Positions 40,378 through 50,992 of a stretch of 64,000 bases of DNA are shown piece after piece. Position 1 is the first letter of the stretch. Each line of letters begins with the position of its first letter. Under the pieces are notes generated by a model. The model saw only the letters and a program-made list of their open reading frames with translations, had not been told where the DNA came from and searched no databases. Both the position numbers and the translations under genes were made by a program. Origin of the DNA: Chryseosolibacter sp. (GTDB taxonomy: Bacteria; Bacteroidota; Bacteroidia; Cytophagales; Cyclobacteriaceae); the NCBI GenBank assembly GCA_036402115.1, contig DASWTM010000051.1, forward strand, positions 184 through 64,183, in the 5' to 3' direction.

Positions 40378-40938
40378 CTACTTCACTGGTCCATTCGAAC
40401 CATCGCCCTTAGGCGTTACCATCGCCTTGAAGCGAAGTACTGTCTGTTTAGGCCAGGTGTTGGCTGTTACAGTAATCGATTTGTTCTGAATGTTCGGTTT
40501 TCCATTGCTGTCGAAGCTCGCTTTTACGAAGCCAGTGCCACCAACAGGAATTGGCGTCTTTGTCCAATCTGGGGCAGTACATCCACAGGACGGTTGTGCA
40601 TTTTGAATGATCAATGGAGCTTCTCCGGTATTCTTGACGGTGTAGGTGTATTCTACAACCTGACCTTCGCGGATTGTTCCAAAATCGTGTTCGAGTTTTG
40701 TAAACGTAGCTACCGGTAGAGGTCCTTCCGGCTTTGTCTCCGCTGCGGGAGTTACAGGATTCGCTGCCGGTGTGGCCGTGGTAGTGGCGGCACCAGTTGC
40801 TTTCTTGCCTTCCAGGTCTTTCAGTCTTGCTTCCAGTTCAGCAATTTTCTTTTCAGCATTTCGGTCGCTACAAGCAGCACCAACGGATACTACCGCAATG
40901 AACAACAATAGCCTAAACATCATGGTTTTCATATTCAA
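40378..40938 (-). CDS. DUF1573-domain lipoprotein
   Basis: Lipobox GAAC; HDFGTI, KNTGEAPL, SCGCT. Confidence 0.85.
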   Translation of the reverse strand: MNMKTMMFRLLLFIAVVSVGAACSDRNAEKKIAELEARLKDLEGKKATGAATTTATPAANPVTPAAETKPEGPLPVATFTKLEHDFGTIREGQVVEYTYTVKNTGEAPLIIQNAQPSCGCTAPDWTKTPIPVGGTGFVKASFDSNGKPNIQNKSITVTANTWPKQTVLRFKAMVTPKGDGSNGPVK

Positions 40939-40946
40939 TCACTTCC

Positions 40947-41258
40947 TTAATTACTCTTCTTACCGCGAATCTGCTCTAAAAGTTCATCAACATCTTCCAA
41001 AAGCTTCTCCGCCTTGTTCTTTGCTTCATCAACCACTTTCTGACCCTGCGATTTTGCTTCTGAAGTCAATGGCGTCTCCTTGCCTGTCACGAAATCGTTG
41101 ATCACATCCTGGAGCATCTTCCTGTATTTGTCTAACTGAAATGATAGCTTTTCCCGTGTGTTTGAGCCTTTGTCTGGCGCATAAAGAACTCCTAAAATCG
41201 CTCCGGTTGCAGCTCCTACTAAAAATGCTAACAACGTGTTTCCACCTTTTTTGCCCAT
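40947..41258 (-). CDS. YtxH-domain protein
   Basis: FLVGAATGAILGVLYAPDKGSNTR. Confidence 0.85.
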   Translation of the reverse strand: MGKKGGNTLLAFLVGAATGAILGVLYAPDKGSNTREKLSFQLDKYRKMLQDVINDFVTGKETPLTSEAKSQGQKVVDEAKNKAEKLLEDVDELLEQIRGKKSN

Positions 41259-41326
41259 AAGCTTTTCAAATTAATGTGCGTTGAATTGCAAATTCAAAAT
41301 TTTAACATTTTTTAACAAATGTCTGC

Positions 41327-42466
41327 TTACTTATTATCGATCAGCCCGCGGCCACTCTTCTTAATTGCGCCAGAATCAAGCATTTCTTTTGCGATCACAT
41401 CCAAAATTCCATTCACAAACTGGCGGCTTTTCGGTGTACTGTAATTTTTCGCAAGCTCGATGTATTCGTTGATCGTCACTTTTACCGGAATGTTCGGGAA
41501 ACTGATGAGTTCTGCGATAGCCATCTCGAGAATAATGCGATCTGTCAGCGGTAGACGATCAACTTCCCAATTACGCGTATTGTTTGCAATGAGTTCTTTG
41601 TAGGCTGCAGGAATATCAATGCCGGTATTGTATAGTACCTCTATAAATTCTTTGTCTTCGTCCCAGTTCAATGACAGGGTATGCAGCGTCAGGTCTTTCG
41701 ATGTTTCCGGATCGTATGACTTAATTGTCTTCTCAACAAGCGCCTTCACGATATCCTGATCTTCCGCCCACCGCAGCACTTCCTCTTCGAAGAAGTCGTT
41801 TATAATCGTCTTGCCGAAAATCACTTTTTTAAAGAGGTGGTTGACGAGTTTTTTCTGGTCGTCAAGCGAAGGACTTTTGCGGTCCAGGTTCGCGAGGTAC
41901 TCATTATCCTGGCGGACAACATCTTTAAACCACTGCCGTGTCTGATCGGTTTTATTTTGCCAATGTTTACCAAGACGCAAGGACTCTTTCTTCAACTGCT
42001 CGCTGCTGCGAAGCGCCTTGATCCAGCTGTTATTCAAAAAGTTTTTGTGACTCGCTTTCTTATCCGCTTCCGCCAGATCTGCAAACACGGTAACAAGCGT
42101 TAGGGTTGCGATGTAGTGCTCGTAAATTTTTTCGACATCCGTGACGAGGCTCTTGCGGAAAAAGTCTGTGTCCTTCTTCACCTGAGTTTTGTAGTATTGG
42201 AATGCGCTGTTAATTGCCTTCTTGATCTTTGGATCTTCTTCGTTTACAGAAGTATCACCGTCAGCAAAAGCCTTGTCGAATGATTTGATGGCGTGTTTTT
42301 TCTGCTGACCGAGCAATGCTTTGTCCTGGACTTCCATCGAATTCAGGTCGGGAAGGAACGCATCACTAATTTGCTCAAGGCATAATTCATATGTGGCCTC
42401 CTTGCATTGTTGTAATGCGAAAAGACTCTGCATGACTTTAATTCGAAGACTCCTACGGTTCAGCAT
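41327..42466 (-). CDS. nusB: Transcription antitermination factor NusB (long Bacteroidota form)
   Basis: MLNRRSLRIKVMQ; WEVDRL..DRIIL; VTINEYIELAKNYS; FVNGILD. Confidence 0.93.
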   Translation of the reverse strand: MLNRRSLRIKVMQSLFALQQCKEATYELCLEQISDAFLPDLNSMEVQDKALLGQQKKHAIKSFDKAFADGDTSVNEEDPKIKKAINSAFQYYKTQVKKDTDFFRKSLVTDVEKIYEHYIATLTLVTVFADLAEADKKASHKNFLNNSWIKALRSSEQLKKESLRLGKHWQNKTDQTRQWFKDVVRQDNEYLANLDRKSPSLDDQKKLVNHLFKKVIFGKTIINDFFEEEVLRWAEDQDIVKALVEKTIKSYDPETSKDLTLHTLSLNWDEDKEFIEVLYNTGIDIPAAYKELIANNTRNWEVDRLPLTDRIILEMAIAELISFPNIPVKVTINEYIELAKNYSTPKSRQFVNGILDVIAKEMLDSGAIKKSGRGLIDNK

Positions 42467-42635
42467 GTTAAAGAACTAACGAAAGTTGAAGCTAAAAAAA
42501 CTACAATAAGGGCGTAAAAATAATCATCCTGTCAGGTTTCCCCAACAGGACGACTCTATTAAGTTCCAAAAAACAATAACCAAAATCCAAATGTGCGACT
42601 GAGCGTCCAGCGCCTCAATGGCAGGGTGGCAGGCC

Positions 42636-43736
42636 TTAGCGTGTCATGCGAACACGGCCGATGTCGGCAATCCGTTTTTCGCAAAGCTTAATCGCGGCCT
42701 CCTGGCTAGATATTTTTTCTTTCTCAGAAAGGTTAAGGATGTTCAAGCAGGTCGTGTAGATCTTCTCCGCATGCTCGAACACACGATTGCGGTTGTAATT
42801 GCCCAGGAATTCGTTGTACACGTTGATTAGACCACCGGCATTGATCAAGAAATCAGGCGCGTACGTGATGCTTCTGTCCATCAGCATGTAACCGTGTCTT
42901 ACTTCGTCCTTCAACTGGTTATTTGCAGCACCCGCTATAATGCTGCACTTGAGACGAGAAATGGTTTCATCATTCACGGTCGCTCCAAGCGCGCATGGTG
43001 CATAAATATCGCTGTCAACATCGTAGATTTCATCCTGACCAACTGCCTTCACACCAAACTGGTTAGCGATGGCTTTCACTTTATCTTCGAAAAGGTCGGT
43101 GATGAAAACTTCCGCTTTCTCCTTCACAAGATATTCCACGAGGTGCATACCAACCTGGCCCACACCCTGAACTGCGATACGCTTTCCGGTGAGGCTGTCA
43201 GAGCCATATACTTTCTTGGCAGCCGCTTTCATTCCCATGTAAACACCGTAGGCGGTTACAGGCGAAGGATCTCCACCACCACCCATTGATTCAGGCAAAC
43301 CAGTAACATGTTTTGTTTCCATGTTAATGTATTCCATGTCAATGGTTTTCATGTTCACATCTTCTGCCGTGATATATTTTCCATTCAGGCTGTTCACGAA
43401 CTTTCCGAAACGTCTGAGGAAGGCCTCCGTCTTCATGGTTTTCGCATCACCGATGATCACCGCTTTACCTCCACCGAGATTCAATCCGCTGATGGCTGCT
43501 TTGAAGGTCATGCCACGTGACAAACGTAAAACATCAGTGAGCGCTTCCTGTTCTGACGCGTAGTTCCACATGCGGGTTCCACCGAGTGCAGGACCGAGCA
43601 CCGTGTTGTGAATCGCGATGATCGCTTTCAGTCCGGTGGCTTCATCATTGCAGAAAACTACTTGTTCGTGACCCAACTGAGAAAGCGTTCCGAAGATGCC
43701 GCTCTCCTTTACTTTTTCAACTTCTTTAACTTCCAT
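42636..43736 (-). CDS. Leucine dehydrogenase (Glu/Leu/Phe/Val dehydrogenase family)
   Basis: LGPALGGTR, GGGKAVI, TAEDV, GDPSPVTAYG, QGVGQVG, GAANNQL. Confidence 0.92.
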   Translation of the reverse strand: MEVKEVEKVKESGIFGTLSQLGHEQVVFCNDEATGLKAIIAIHNTVLGPALGGTRMWNYASEQEALTDVLRLSRGMTFKAAISGLNLGGGKAVIIGDAKTMKTEAFLRRFGKFVNSLNGKYITAEDVNMKTIDMEYINMETKHVTGLPESMGGGGDPSPVTAYGVYMGMKAAAKKVYGSDSLTGKRIAVQGVGQVGMHLVEYLVKEKAEVFITDLFEDKVKAIANQFGVKAVGQDEIYDVDSDIYAPCALGATVNDETISRLKCSIIAGAANNQLKDEVRHGYMLMDRSITYAPDFLINAGGLINVYNEFLGNYNRNRVFEHAEKIYTTCLNILNLSEKEKISSQEAAIKLCEKRIADIGRVRMTR

Positions 43737-43958
43737 GCGAATGCGTTTTACGTTTGATTGTTGTACTTTAGCCCGCTTAAATTTTTAAGCCAATTCAGTT
43801 AAGAATTATGCAAATTTAGGCATCTTCAATCGTTTGCATGAACCATTGGAAGCATATTTCGTTTAATAGGGAATTGGCCAAATTTTATTCAAAGAATGCA
43901 CCGATCAGCAGGTGTATTTTTTGTTCGCCACGATAAAAAAAGAAGACGCACTCCACCG

Positions 43959-45776
43959 ATGAAAGAGCTCCGATACCTCAACAAATATCTCGTTAAGTAC
44001 AAATGGCATTTGATTTTGGGGACGTTGTTCGTCATCATCTCGAACGTCTTTCAGATTGTTCCAGCGCAGCTCGTCCGCCTGGCTATCGATTTTGTTGTTG
44101 ATAACATCAGGATGTACCAGACGCTGGAAGGCACATCCACGCAAACTGACTTCTTCAAGATTTTTGCTTTTGGAATTCTTGTGAATGCAGCACTCATTTT
44201 AATCATGGCGTTGTTGCGCGGCCTCTTCCTGTATTTCGTGCGGCAAACATTGATTGTCATGTCGCGTCACATTGAGTATGACTTAAAGAATGAAGTATTC
44301 GAACACTACCAGTCGCTGCCGCTCAGCTTTTACCGCAGAAACAACACCGGTGATTTGATGAACCGAATTTCCGAAGATGTAAGCCGTGTTCGCATGTACC
44401 TCGGTCCTGCCATCATGTACGGCCTTACGCTCATCACACTTTTCCTGATGTTGATTCCCTACATGTTTCGCGTGAATGCAGAACTGACATGGTATGCGAT
44501 CAGTCCGCTGCCGTTTCTTTCACTGAGTATTTTTCTGGTGAACAACAAAATGGAAAGACGCTCTGAGGAAATTCAGAAAAGTCAGTCGCGGTTATCAACG
44601 TTCGTGCAGGAAGCCTTTAGCGGAATACGGGTGCTGAAATCGTTTAATCGCGAACATGAATCCATATCGAAATTCGAACACGAGAGTGATCTGTATAAGC
44701 GACAGTCGATGAAGCTGACAAAAGTACAATCGCTCTTCTATCCGCTGATCATGGCGTTGATTGGTATCAGTACCATTCTCACCGTTTATGCGGGCAGCGC
44801 GCTTGTCATTAAGGGAGCCGTGTCCTTTGGAACGGTAGCGGAATTTATCATCTACGTGAACTTGCTCACGTGGCCCGTCACTTCACTTGGATGGACAAGC
44901 AGTCTTGTTCAACGCGCTGAGGCATCGCAGAAACGAATCAATGAATTTTTAAAGACGAAGACAAATATTCTTTCGGAGAAAGACTTGGTGCGTGAAATTA
45001 AAGGAAAGATCGAATTTAAAAATGTAAGCTTCACCTATCCGGACACAGGCATCAAAGCATTGAAAGACATTTCCTTTATTGTTAATCCCGGTGAATCGCT
45101 TGCCATAATTGGCACTACTGGCTCGGGGAAAAGCACGATCTCAAATCTGATCTCGCGGTTATACGATGTCCGTGAAGGTGAGATCCTGATTGATGAAATT
45201 CCAATAACGTATTATAACCTGACATCCCTTCGCAGGCAGATTGGTTACGTTCCGCAGGATGTCTTTCTTTTCAGTGATACGATCTTTAACAACATAGGCT
45301 TTGGCATTGAACAACCCGATGAAGAAAAGATTTACCAGGCTGCCAAAGATGCTGACGTCTACGAAAACATTAAAGCATTCCCGCAAGGGTTTGAAACACG
45401 TGTGGGTGAACGGGGTATCACCTTATCTGGTGGCCAGAAGCAGCGTGTTTCGATTGCGCGTGCGGTTGTGCGTGAGCCCAAAATTCTAATGCTTGACGAT
45501 GCGCTGTCAGCAGTCGATACAAAAACCGAGAACAATATTCTCAACAGTCTGAAGCGGATTATGAAAGGTCGCACGACTATCATCATATCGCATCGGGTAT
45601 CATCCGCGAAACTCGCGCAACGCATCATTGTTCTCTCGGACGGCAAAATTATTCAGGCCGGAACGCACGATCAGTTGATCGGTCTCGAAGGTATGTACAG
45701 AGATCTGTACGAAAAGCAGATGCAGATGGATGAAGAAACAAACACCAATAACCAAATCACAAATTCCAAGAGTTAA
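43959..45776 (+). CDS. ABC exporter half-transporter (MdlA-like)
   Basis: TM domain; GTTGSGKS; LSGGQKQR; degenerate Walker B LMLDDALSAVD; ATG 43959 is the likelier start. Confidence 0.92.
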   Translation: MKELRYLNKYLVKYKWHLILGTLFVIISNVFQIVPAQLVRLAIDFVVDNIRMYQTLEGTSTQTDFFKIFAFGILVNAALILIMALLRGLFLYFVRQTLIVMSRHIEYDLKNEVFEHYQSLPLSFYRRNNTGDLMNRISEDVSRVRMYLGPAIMYGLTLITLFLMLIPYMFRVNAELTWYAISPLPFLSLSIFLVNNKMERRSEEIQKSQSRLSTFVQEAFSGIRVLKSFNREHESISKFEHESDLYKRQSMKLTKVQSLFYPLIMALIGISTILTVYAGSALVIKGAVSFGTVAEFIIYVNLLTWPVTSLGWTSSLVQRAEASQKRINEFLKTKTNILSEKDLVREIKGKIEFKNVSFTYPDTGIKALKDISFIVNPGESLAIIGTTGSGKSTISNLISRLYDVREGEILIDEIPITYYNLTSLRRQIGYVPQDVFLFSDTIFNNIGFGIEQPDEEKIYQAAKDADVYENIKAFPQGFETRVGERGITLSGGQKQRVSIARAVVREPKILMLDDALSAVDTKTENNILNSLKRIMKGRTTIIISHRVSSAKLAQRIIVLSDGKIIQAGTHDQLIGLEGMYRDLYEKQMQMDEETNTNNQITNSKS

Positions 45777-45844
45777 CGGACCATATTCTAAAAGCAAATT
45801 CCAATATCTTGGGTTTGAGATTTGGAACTGGAAACTTGTAACTT
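45749..45844. repeat. Heptamer inverted cassette (AATTCCA / TTGGAAC-like) overlapping two convergent gene ends
   Basis: aaccaaatcacaaattccaa...aaattccaa vs ttgggtttgagatttggaactggaaacttgtaactt. Confidence 0.55.
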
Positions 45845-46415
45845 AGAAATTATACCTCACCCCAACGCCACTCAATCCTCTCAATATCCCAGGGCGGTCC
45901 ACAATTTCAATCATGAGACTAAACTCGCCAAAGATGGTCAGTGGCACGTCTTCGAAGGTGTACTCCATTCCCAAAATCCCTTCTGGCCCAAAGTCGAAGT
46001 CGGTTCGCACGTAGCGGCCCGGAATTCCGTTGTCACGATAGCGGTACTCGACATTCCCAATCTTTGCAACTCCACCGACTCCCCAGTACCAATCGAGCTC
46101 GCCCATCATCCCTTCGATAGGGATATCATTGTGTAGTAAATACCGTCCCTGAAAATATAGGGCACTTCTCACGCGATGTGATTCATAATCGTAGCCTTCG
46201 AAGCGATCAAAGTCATTAAAGAATTTTTGATAGTAATGATCATACCAACCATTGGTCAGCGTTCCCAACCCAAACTCGACTGCATTATTCCTCGGCAGAT
46301 ACTTTTTGTATGTGATTCCCATCGGGGCCCCAAGCCGAATGCCAATTCCTCGGTCTTGTGCGAATGAGCCGAAACCAACAAAAAGTAAAAGGCATGCTAC
46401 AATCAACTTCTTCAT
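45843..46415 (-). CDS. Small outer-membrane beta-barrel protein (hypothetical)
   Basis: Signal peptide; GIGIRLG; WYWGVGG; C-terminal GVRYNF. Confidence 0.8.
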   Translation of the reverse strand: MKKLIVACLLLFVGFGSFAQDRGIGIRLGAPMGITYKKYLPRNNAVEFGLGTLTNGWYDHYYQKFFNDFDRFEGYDYESHRVRSALYFQGRYLLHNDIPIEGMMGELDWYWGVGGVAKIGNVEYRYRDNGIPGRYVRTDFDFGPEGILGMEYTFEDVPLTIFGEFSLMIEIVDRPGILRGLSGVGVRYNF

Positions 46416-46593
46416 AAACCTATTTTTACACCTCTCAAACGAGCAGGAGTCTACCCCTGTTGGGTCTGTGCCGTTGGTTGACAGATCTGCACGTTATCTT
46501 GAGGAATAGCCCGTCAAAAGATGTACCGCAGGACAACACTGCGTTCAAGAAGGTGCGATCCAGAGTCGCCTTGCACTGCTTTGAACCGAACCG

Positions 46594-48369
46594 CTATCCT
46601 ACAAACTCCTTAAACTGCATTTTATAGAGTTGTGAGTAAAATCCCTCACTATTGAGCAACTCATCGTGGCTCCCGGCTTCTTTGATTTGCCCGTGGTCGA
46701 GTACTATAATCTTATCGGCTTTCTGAATGGTTGACAAACGGTGAGCAATGACAATGGCAGTTCTTCCCCGCATCATCTTCGCAATCGCACTTTGAATCAT
46801 TTCTTCGGTTTCACTATCGACAGATGACGTTGCTTCGTCAAGCACCAGAATCTTCGGATCGTAAACCATCGCGCGAATAAATGAAATGAGTTGCCGCTGA
46901 CCTACGGAAAGCGTGGAGCCTCGCTCCATCACATTATAGTTGAGCTTTCCAGGAAGGCGTTCGATAAATTTTCGCGCGCCAACGAGATCGGCTGCATGCC
47001 ATACCATTTCTTCAGTTACGTCTGGATTGCCGAGCGTTATGTTGTTAAAAATTGTATCGGAAAAAAGGAATACATCCTGGAGAACGACACCAATATTCGT
47101 CCGCAGGTGCCCAAGGTCATACTCTTTGATATCGACACCATCAACTTTTATCGACCCCTTATTGATTTCGTAAAAACGGTTCAAGAGATTTATGATCGAT
47201 GATTTGCCTGCGCCCGTAGCTCCCACTAAAGCGATCGTTTCGCCCTGGCGGATGGAGAGGCTAACATCCTTCAGGACATACTCTTCATCATTGTAGGCGA
47301 ACCACACATTCTGAAATCCGACTTCACCCTTAATGACTTCGGGCTTATAGGAGCCGTTCTTTTGCACGTGTTCCTGGTCATCAAGCAGATTCAAAATCCT
47401 GGATGTACTCACAATACCCATCTGCAGCGTGTTGTACCGGTCCGCAATCATGCGAATCGGACGGAAGAACATCTGGATATACATGATGAAGGCGATCAAC
47501 TTTCCAACCGTAATTCCTGTTTCCTCAACATTGATAATGCCTTTGGCCCCATACCAAACGAGCAAACCAATTCCCGCGGCAGCAATAATTTCTGCTACGG
47601 GAAAATAAACAGAGTAGTACAGCACCGAGCGCATGTTTGCCTGCTTGTGCTCTTCGTTGATCTGACGAAATTTTTCAAATTCTCTTTTTTCAGAACCGAA
47701 AATCTGCACGACATTCATTCCCGTGAGGTGTTCCTGTACAAATGTGTTAAGGTTCGCCACTGCATTCCGCACATCATTGAAGGCGACTTTAATTTTTTCT
47801 TTGAAGATGTAGGTACTGATCAGCAGCAACGGGATAGTCGACAAACTAAGCAATGCCAACCTCCAGTCCTGATAAAACATAAATCCCAAAATGAAAATAA
47901 TTTGCAAAAGATCACCTGCCATCGCAGCGAGGCCTTCACTGAATACATCAGCGAGTGTCTCTACATCCGAAATGGATCGCGTGACCAATCTTCCAATGGG
48001 TGTTTTGTCAAAGAACCTTAAGCGAAGATTTACAATGTGCTGATAGAGTTTTGTTCGAATGTCGCGGATCACTTGCTGACCGATCCAGCCAGACAAATAG
48101 GTGTGAACATACTGAGCGATAGACTGAAACACGAGAAGCGCCATGAGCAAGATCATCATGTTGACCATCGCCTGGTAGTTTCCTTCGGCCACATCGTGAT
48201 CAAGCGTGTATTGAATTAAATACGGACGAAGTGGCGTTAGAATCCCAAGCAGGATGGTAAGACCAACGATGCTGACAAATCGCCATTTGTACGGAGTTAC
48301 AAATCGCATCAGGCGACTCAGCACTGACCAATCGATAATGTTACCACTACTTACTTTTTCTTTCTCCAC
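46594..48369 (-). CDS. ABC exporter half-transporter (MdlB-like)
   Basis: TM domain; GATGAGKS; degenerate signature LSVGQRQ; LVLDEATSSVD; IAHRLST. Confidence 0.92.
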   Translation of the reverse strand: MEKEKVSSGNIIDWSVLSRLMRFVTPYKWRFVSIVGLTILLGILTPLRPYLIQYTLDHDVAEGNYQAMVNMMILLMALLVFQSIAQYVHTYLSGWIGQQVIRDIRTKLYQHIVNLRLRFFDKTPIGRLVTRSISDVETLADVFSEGLAAMAGDLLQIIFILGFMFYQDWRLALLSLSTIPLLLISTYIFKEKIKVAFNDVRNAVANLNTFVQEHLTGMNVVQIFGSEKREFEKFRQINEEHKQANMRSVLYYSVYFPVAEIIAAAGIGLLVWYGAKGIINVEETGITVGKLIAFIMYIQMFFRPIRMIADRYNTLQMGIVSTSRILNLLDDQEHVQKNGSYKPEVIKGEVGFQNVWFAYNDEEYVLKDVSLSIRQGETIALVGATGAGKSSIINLLNRFYEINKGSIKVDGVDIKEYDLGHLRTNIGVVLQDVFLFSDTIFNNITLGNPDVTEEMVWHAADLVGARKFIERLPGKLNYNVMERGSTLSVGQRQLISFIRAMVYDPKILVLDEATSSVDSETEEMIQSAIAKMMRGRTAIVIAHRLSTIQKADKIIVLDHGQIKEAGSHDELLNSEGFYSQLYKMQFKEFVG

Positions 48370-48371
48370 AC

Positions 48372-49121
48372 TTATTGTTTTAAAAATACACTTGCCGGGT
48401 ATTTCACCTTCATAAGATACAACCCGTAAGGAGGTACATTAGCACCGGCCTTTTTCCTGTCGCGACTGCGGACTATGTGCTGAAACTCCTTTATCGAAAT
48501 TTTGTTCGTTCCTACATCGAGCAAGGTCCCAACAATTGCGCGCACCATGCCGCGAAGAAAGCGATTTGCCGTGATATAAAAATGAAGACGGTTATCGATT
48601 TCCTTCCACTCCGCCCGCTTAATGTCGCATCGGAAGTGATTGACATCCGTTTTCACTTTGCTAAAACTCTCGAAATCATGTTCACCCAGCAATAACGCAG
48701 CCGCCTGGTTCATGGTTTGGACATCCACATCTTTAAAATAATGCCACGCCAGACCTTCCAGGAATGGATTCTTAGTTCGCGTGATTTCATATCGATAGCT
48801 TCTCTCCACAGCATCATAGCGCGCACTCGCATCGTGCTTGACCTTCCGGATGGAATGAATGGCAATGTCCTTCGGAAGAAACGAATTCAACTTCTGAATG
48901 TACAGCGACTCATCGAACGTCTTTTCAATATCACAATGAAAGAATTGTTGCTCGCAATGAACGCCTGTATCCGTGCGGCCACTTCCTACGATCTCGATAG
49001 GCTCCCGAAAGAGTTTCGACATCGCTTCCTCGACAACTGTCTGGACACCCGTGGCATTCAGCTGGGATTGCCAGCCGTTGTAATGAGTACCGTTGTAGCT
49101 GATTTCGAAGAAGTAGCGCAA
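48372..49121 (-). CDS. truA: tRNA pseudouridine(38-40) synthase
   Basis: YNGTHYNGWQ, GSGRTDTGVH, ARYDA, RFLRGMVRAIVG. Confidence 0.95.
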   Translation of the reverse strand: MRYFFEISYNGTHYNGWQSQLNATGVQTVVEEAMSKLFREPIEIVGSGRTDTGVHCEQQFFHCDIEKTFDESLYIQKLNSFLPKDIAIHSIRKVKHDASARYDAVERSYRYEITRTKNPFLEGLAWHYFKDVDVQTMNQAAALLLGEHDFESFSKVKTDVNHFRCDIKRAEWKEIDNRLHFYITANRFLRGMVRAIVGTLLDVGTNKISIKEFQHIVRSRDRKKAGANVPPYGLYLMKVKYPASVFLKQ

Positions 49122-49127
49122 GGGGTT

Positions 49128-49229
49128 ATTTTAAATTTGACATTTTAAATTTGAAATTTAAAGGCAGGCGTTGGATTAACAGTGATTGCATAGAGACAGA
49201 ACTTCAATTTCAAATTTAAAAATTAAAAC
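49128..49229. repeat. AT-rich inverted tandem-repeat cassette
   Basis: ttttaaatttgacattttaaatttgaaattta vs ttcaattttcaaatttaaaaattaaaa. Confidence 0.55.
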
Positions 49230-49231
49230 GA

Positions 49232-50425
49232 TTAGACGTTCTCGTAGATAATAGCCGCTCCTTGTCCCACTCCAATACACATCGTTGCAAGACCATACTT
49301 CACGTTTCGTCTTTTCATCTCATGAAGAAGTGTTGCACTGATTCTTACCCCGCTGCAACCCAGGGGATGTCCCAAAGCAATAGACCCACCGTTGACGTTC
49401 ACAATTTCCGGATTCAGTTCAAGTTCCTGCATGCATGCCAGCGATTGCGAGGCAAATGCTTCATTCAATTCAACAAGTCCTACGTCCTGCATCTTTAGTC
49501 CAGCACGTTGCAGTGCCTTTTGCGTTGCCGGAACGGGACCAACACCCATGTAAGCAGGATCAACACCAGCAACTGCCATTGAGACCACACGCGCCATTGG
49601 TTTCAGATTTCGCTCGCGAAGCAAATTTTCGCTTACCATCAAACTTGCGGCTGCACCATCGTTAATCCCTGAGGAATTTCCAGCGGTGACGGATCCCCCT
49701 TCTTTGAATGCGGCTTTTAATGAGGCAAGTTTTTCCAGCGTACTCTCTCGTGGTTGTTCGTCCTTATCAACAACAATGGAATCTTTTCCCTTCTGTACGG
49801 TGATTGCCGTCAGCTCATTTTTGAATTTCCCTTCTGCGAAAGCTTTCTGGTATTTCGACTGTGATGCCAGCGCAAACTCATCTTGCTTCGCGCGGCTCAC
49901 GTTCCATTTTTCGGCAACATTCTCGGCAGTTTCGCCCATGCTAAAGGGATGGTAGAGTTTTGACAACTTCGAATTCAGGAAACGCCATCCGATGGTAGTA
50001 TCGTAGATCTCGGGTTTGCGCGAGAAGGCCTCGTCACTCTTTGCCATGACGAAAGGTGCGCGGCTCATACTTTCGACACCCCCGGCAATATAAGCGTTGC
50101 CGTTGTTTGTCATTATTCCTTTGGACGCATCCATAATCGCCTGTAGCCCGGAAGCACACAGCCTATTTACGGTGACGCCACCAATTTCCTGCGGAAGCCC
50201 GGCCAACAACAACGCCATACGTGCGACATTGCGATTATCTTCCCCTGCCTGGTTAGCCGCGCCAAAAACAACGTCTTCGAGCAGCGCCCAGTCAAAGCCT
50301 TTGTTCCGTTCCACGAGCGATTTAATGACTTGTGCTGCAAGATCATCAGGGCGAACACTCGACAATGCACCCGCGTACTTACCGATCGGGGTACGAACAA
50401 TATCAATAACGAAAGCCGAACTCAT
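49232..50425 (-). CDS. Acetyl-CoA C-acyltransferase (thiolase, PcaF-like)
   Basis: [35 protein letters not shown]. Confidence 0.93.
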   Translation of the reverse strand: MSSAFVIDIVRTPIGKYAGALSSVRPDDLAAQVIKSLVERNKGFDWALLEDVVFGAANQAGEDNRNVARMALLLAGLPQEIGGVTVNRLCASGLQAIMDASKGIMTNNGNAYIAGGVESMSRAPFVMAKSDEAFSRKPEIYDTTIGWRFLNSKLSKLYHPFSMGETAENVAEKWNVSRAKQDEFALASQSKYQKAFAEGKFKNELTAITVQKGKDSIVVDKDEQPRESTLEKLASLKAAFKEGGSVTAGNSSGINDGAAASLMVSENLLRERNLKPMARVVSMAVAGVDPAYMGVGPVPATQKALQRAGLKMQDVGLVELNEAFASQSLACMQELELNPEIVNVNGGSIALGHPLGCSGVRISATLLHEMKRRNVKYGLATMCIGVGQGAAIIYENV

Positions 50426-50527
50426 AAATGGTTTATTCTAAATGGCGTGAAGATTCAATCAAATCCTTAGTTTTGCGCCACGCGTTTCGCAAATCGAAGC
50501 AAAGCGGCAAGTTAAATTAACACCAAC

Positions 50528-50992
50528 ATGTGGCAAAGAATTCAAACTCTATTTCTGGTTATCGCAATCATTAGTTTGCTGGTTTCTATATTTCTGCCGA
50601 TCTGGGTTTTCCAGGACGGAGCAGGCCAGTCACACCAATTATATGCACTGCACTACACCGTTAAAGGAGGCGAAAATACAACTACGCAATATTTTCCATA
50701 TGGGCTCACTGCGATGTTGGCAGTGGCCGCCATCACGATTGCATTTATTGAAATTGGAAAGTATAAGAACCGGATGCTTCAGATGAAGCTGGGAGCTCTG
50801 AATTCCCTCTTTATGGCTGGAACAATTGCCGCTGCTGTAATCTTTTCCAACCAGTTTACAAAAGAATTCCAGGGTGGAGTGTATGGGCTTGGCCTGTGGT
50901 TGCCCGGCATCGCAGTGGTTTGCAATCTTCTTGCAAATCGCTTCATCAGACGTGATGAAAAAATCGTCCGTGACTCCGATCGGCTTCGCTGA
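50528..50992 (+). CDS. DUF4293-like membrane protein
   Basis: MWQRIQTLFL start, four TM segments, C-terminal IRRDEKIVRDSDRLR. Confidence 0.85.
   Translation: MWQRIQTLFLVIAIISLLVSIFLPIWVFQDGAGQSHQLYALHYTVKGGENTTTQYFPYGLTAMLAVAAITIAFIEIGKYKNRMLQMKLGALNSLFMAGTIAAAVIFSNQFTKEFQGGVYGLGLWLPGIAVVCNLLANRFIRRDEKIVRDSDRLR

Noticed and set aside
46437-46464. CCCAAC-N17-CGTTT ECF-like promoter upstream of the small beta-barrel gene
   Set aside because: Plausible but too short to support, and its spacing differs from the similar motif at 52832-52858.
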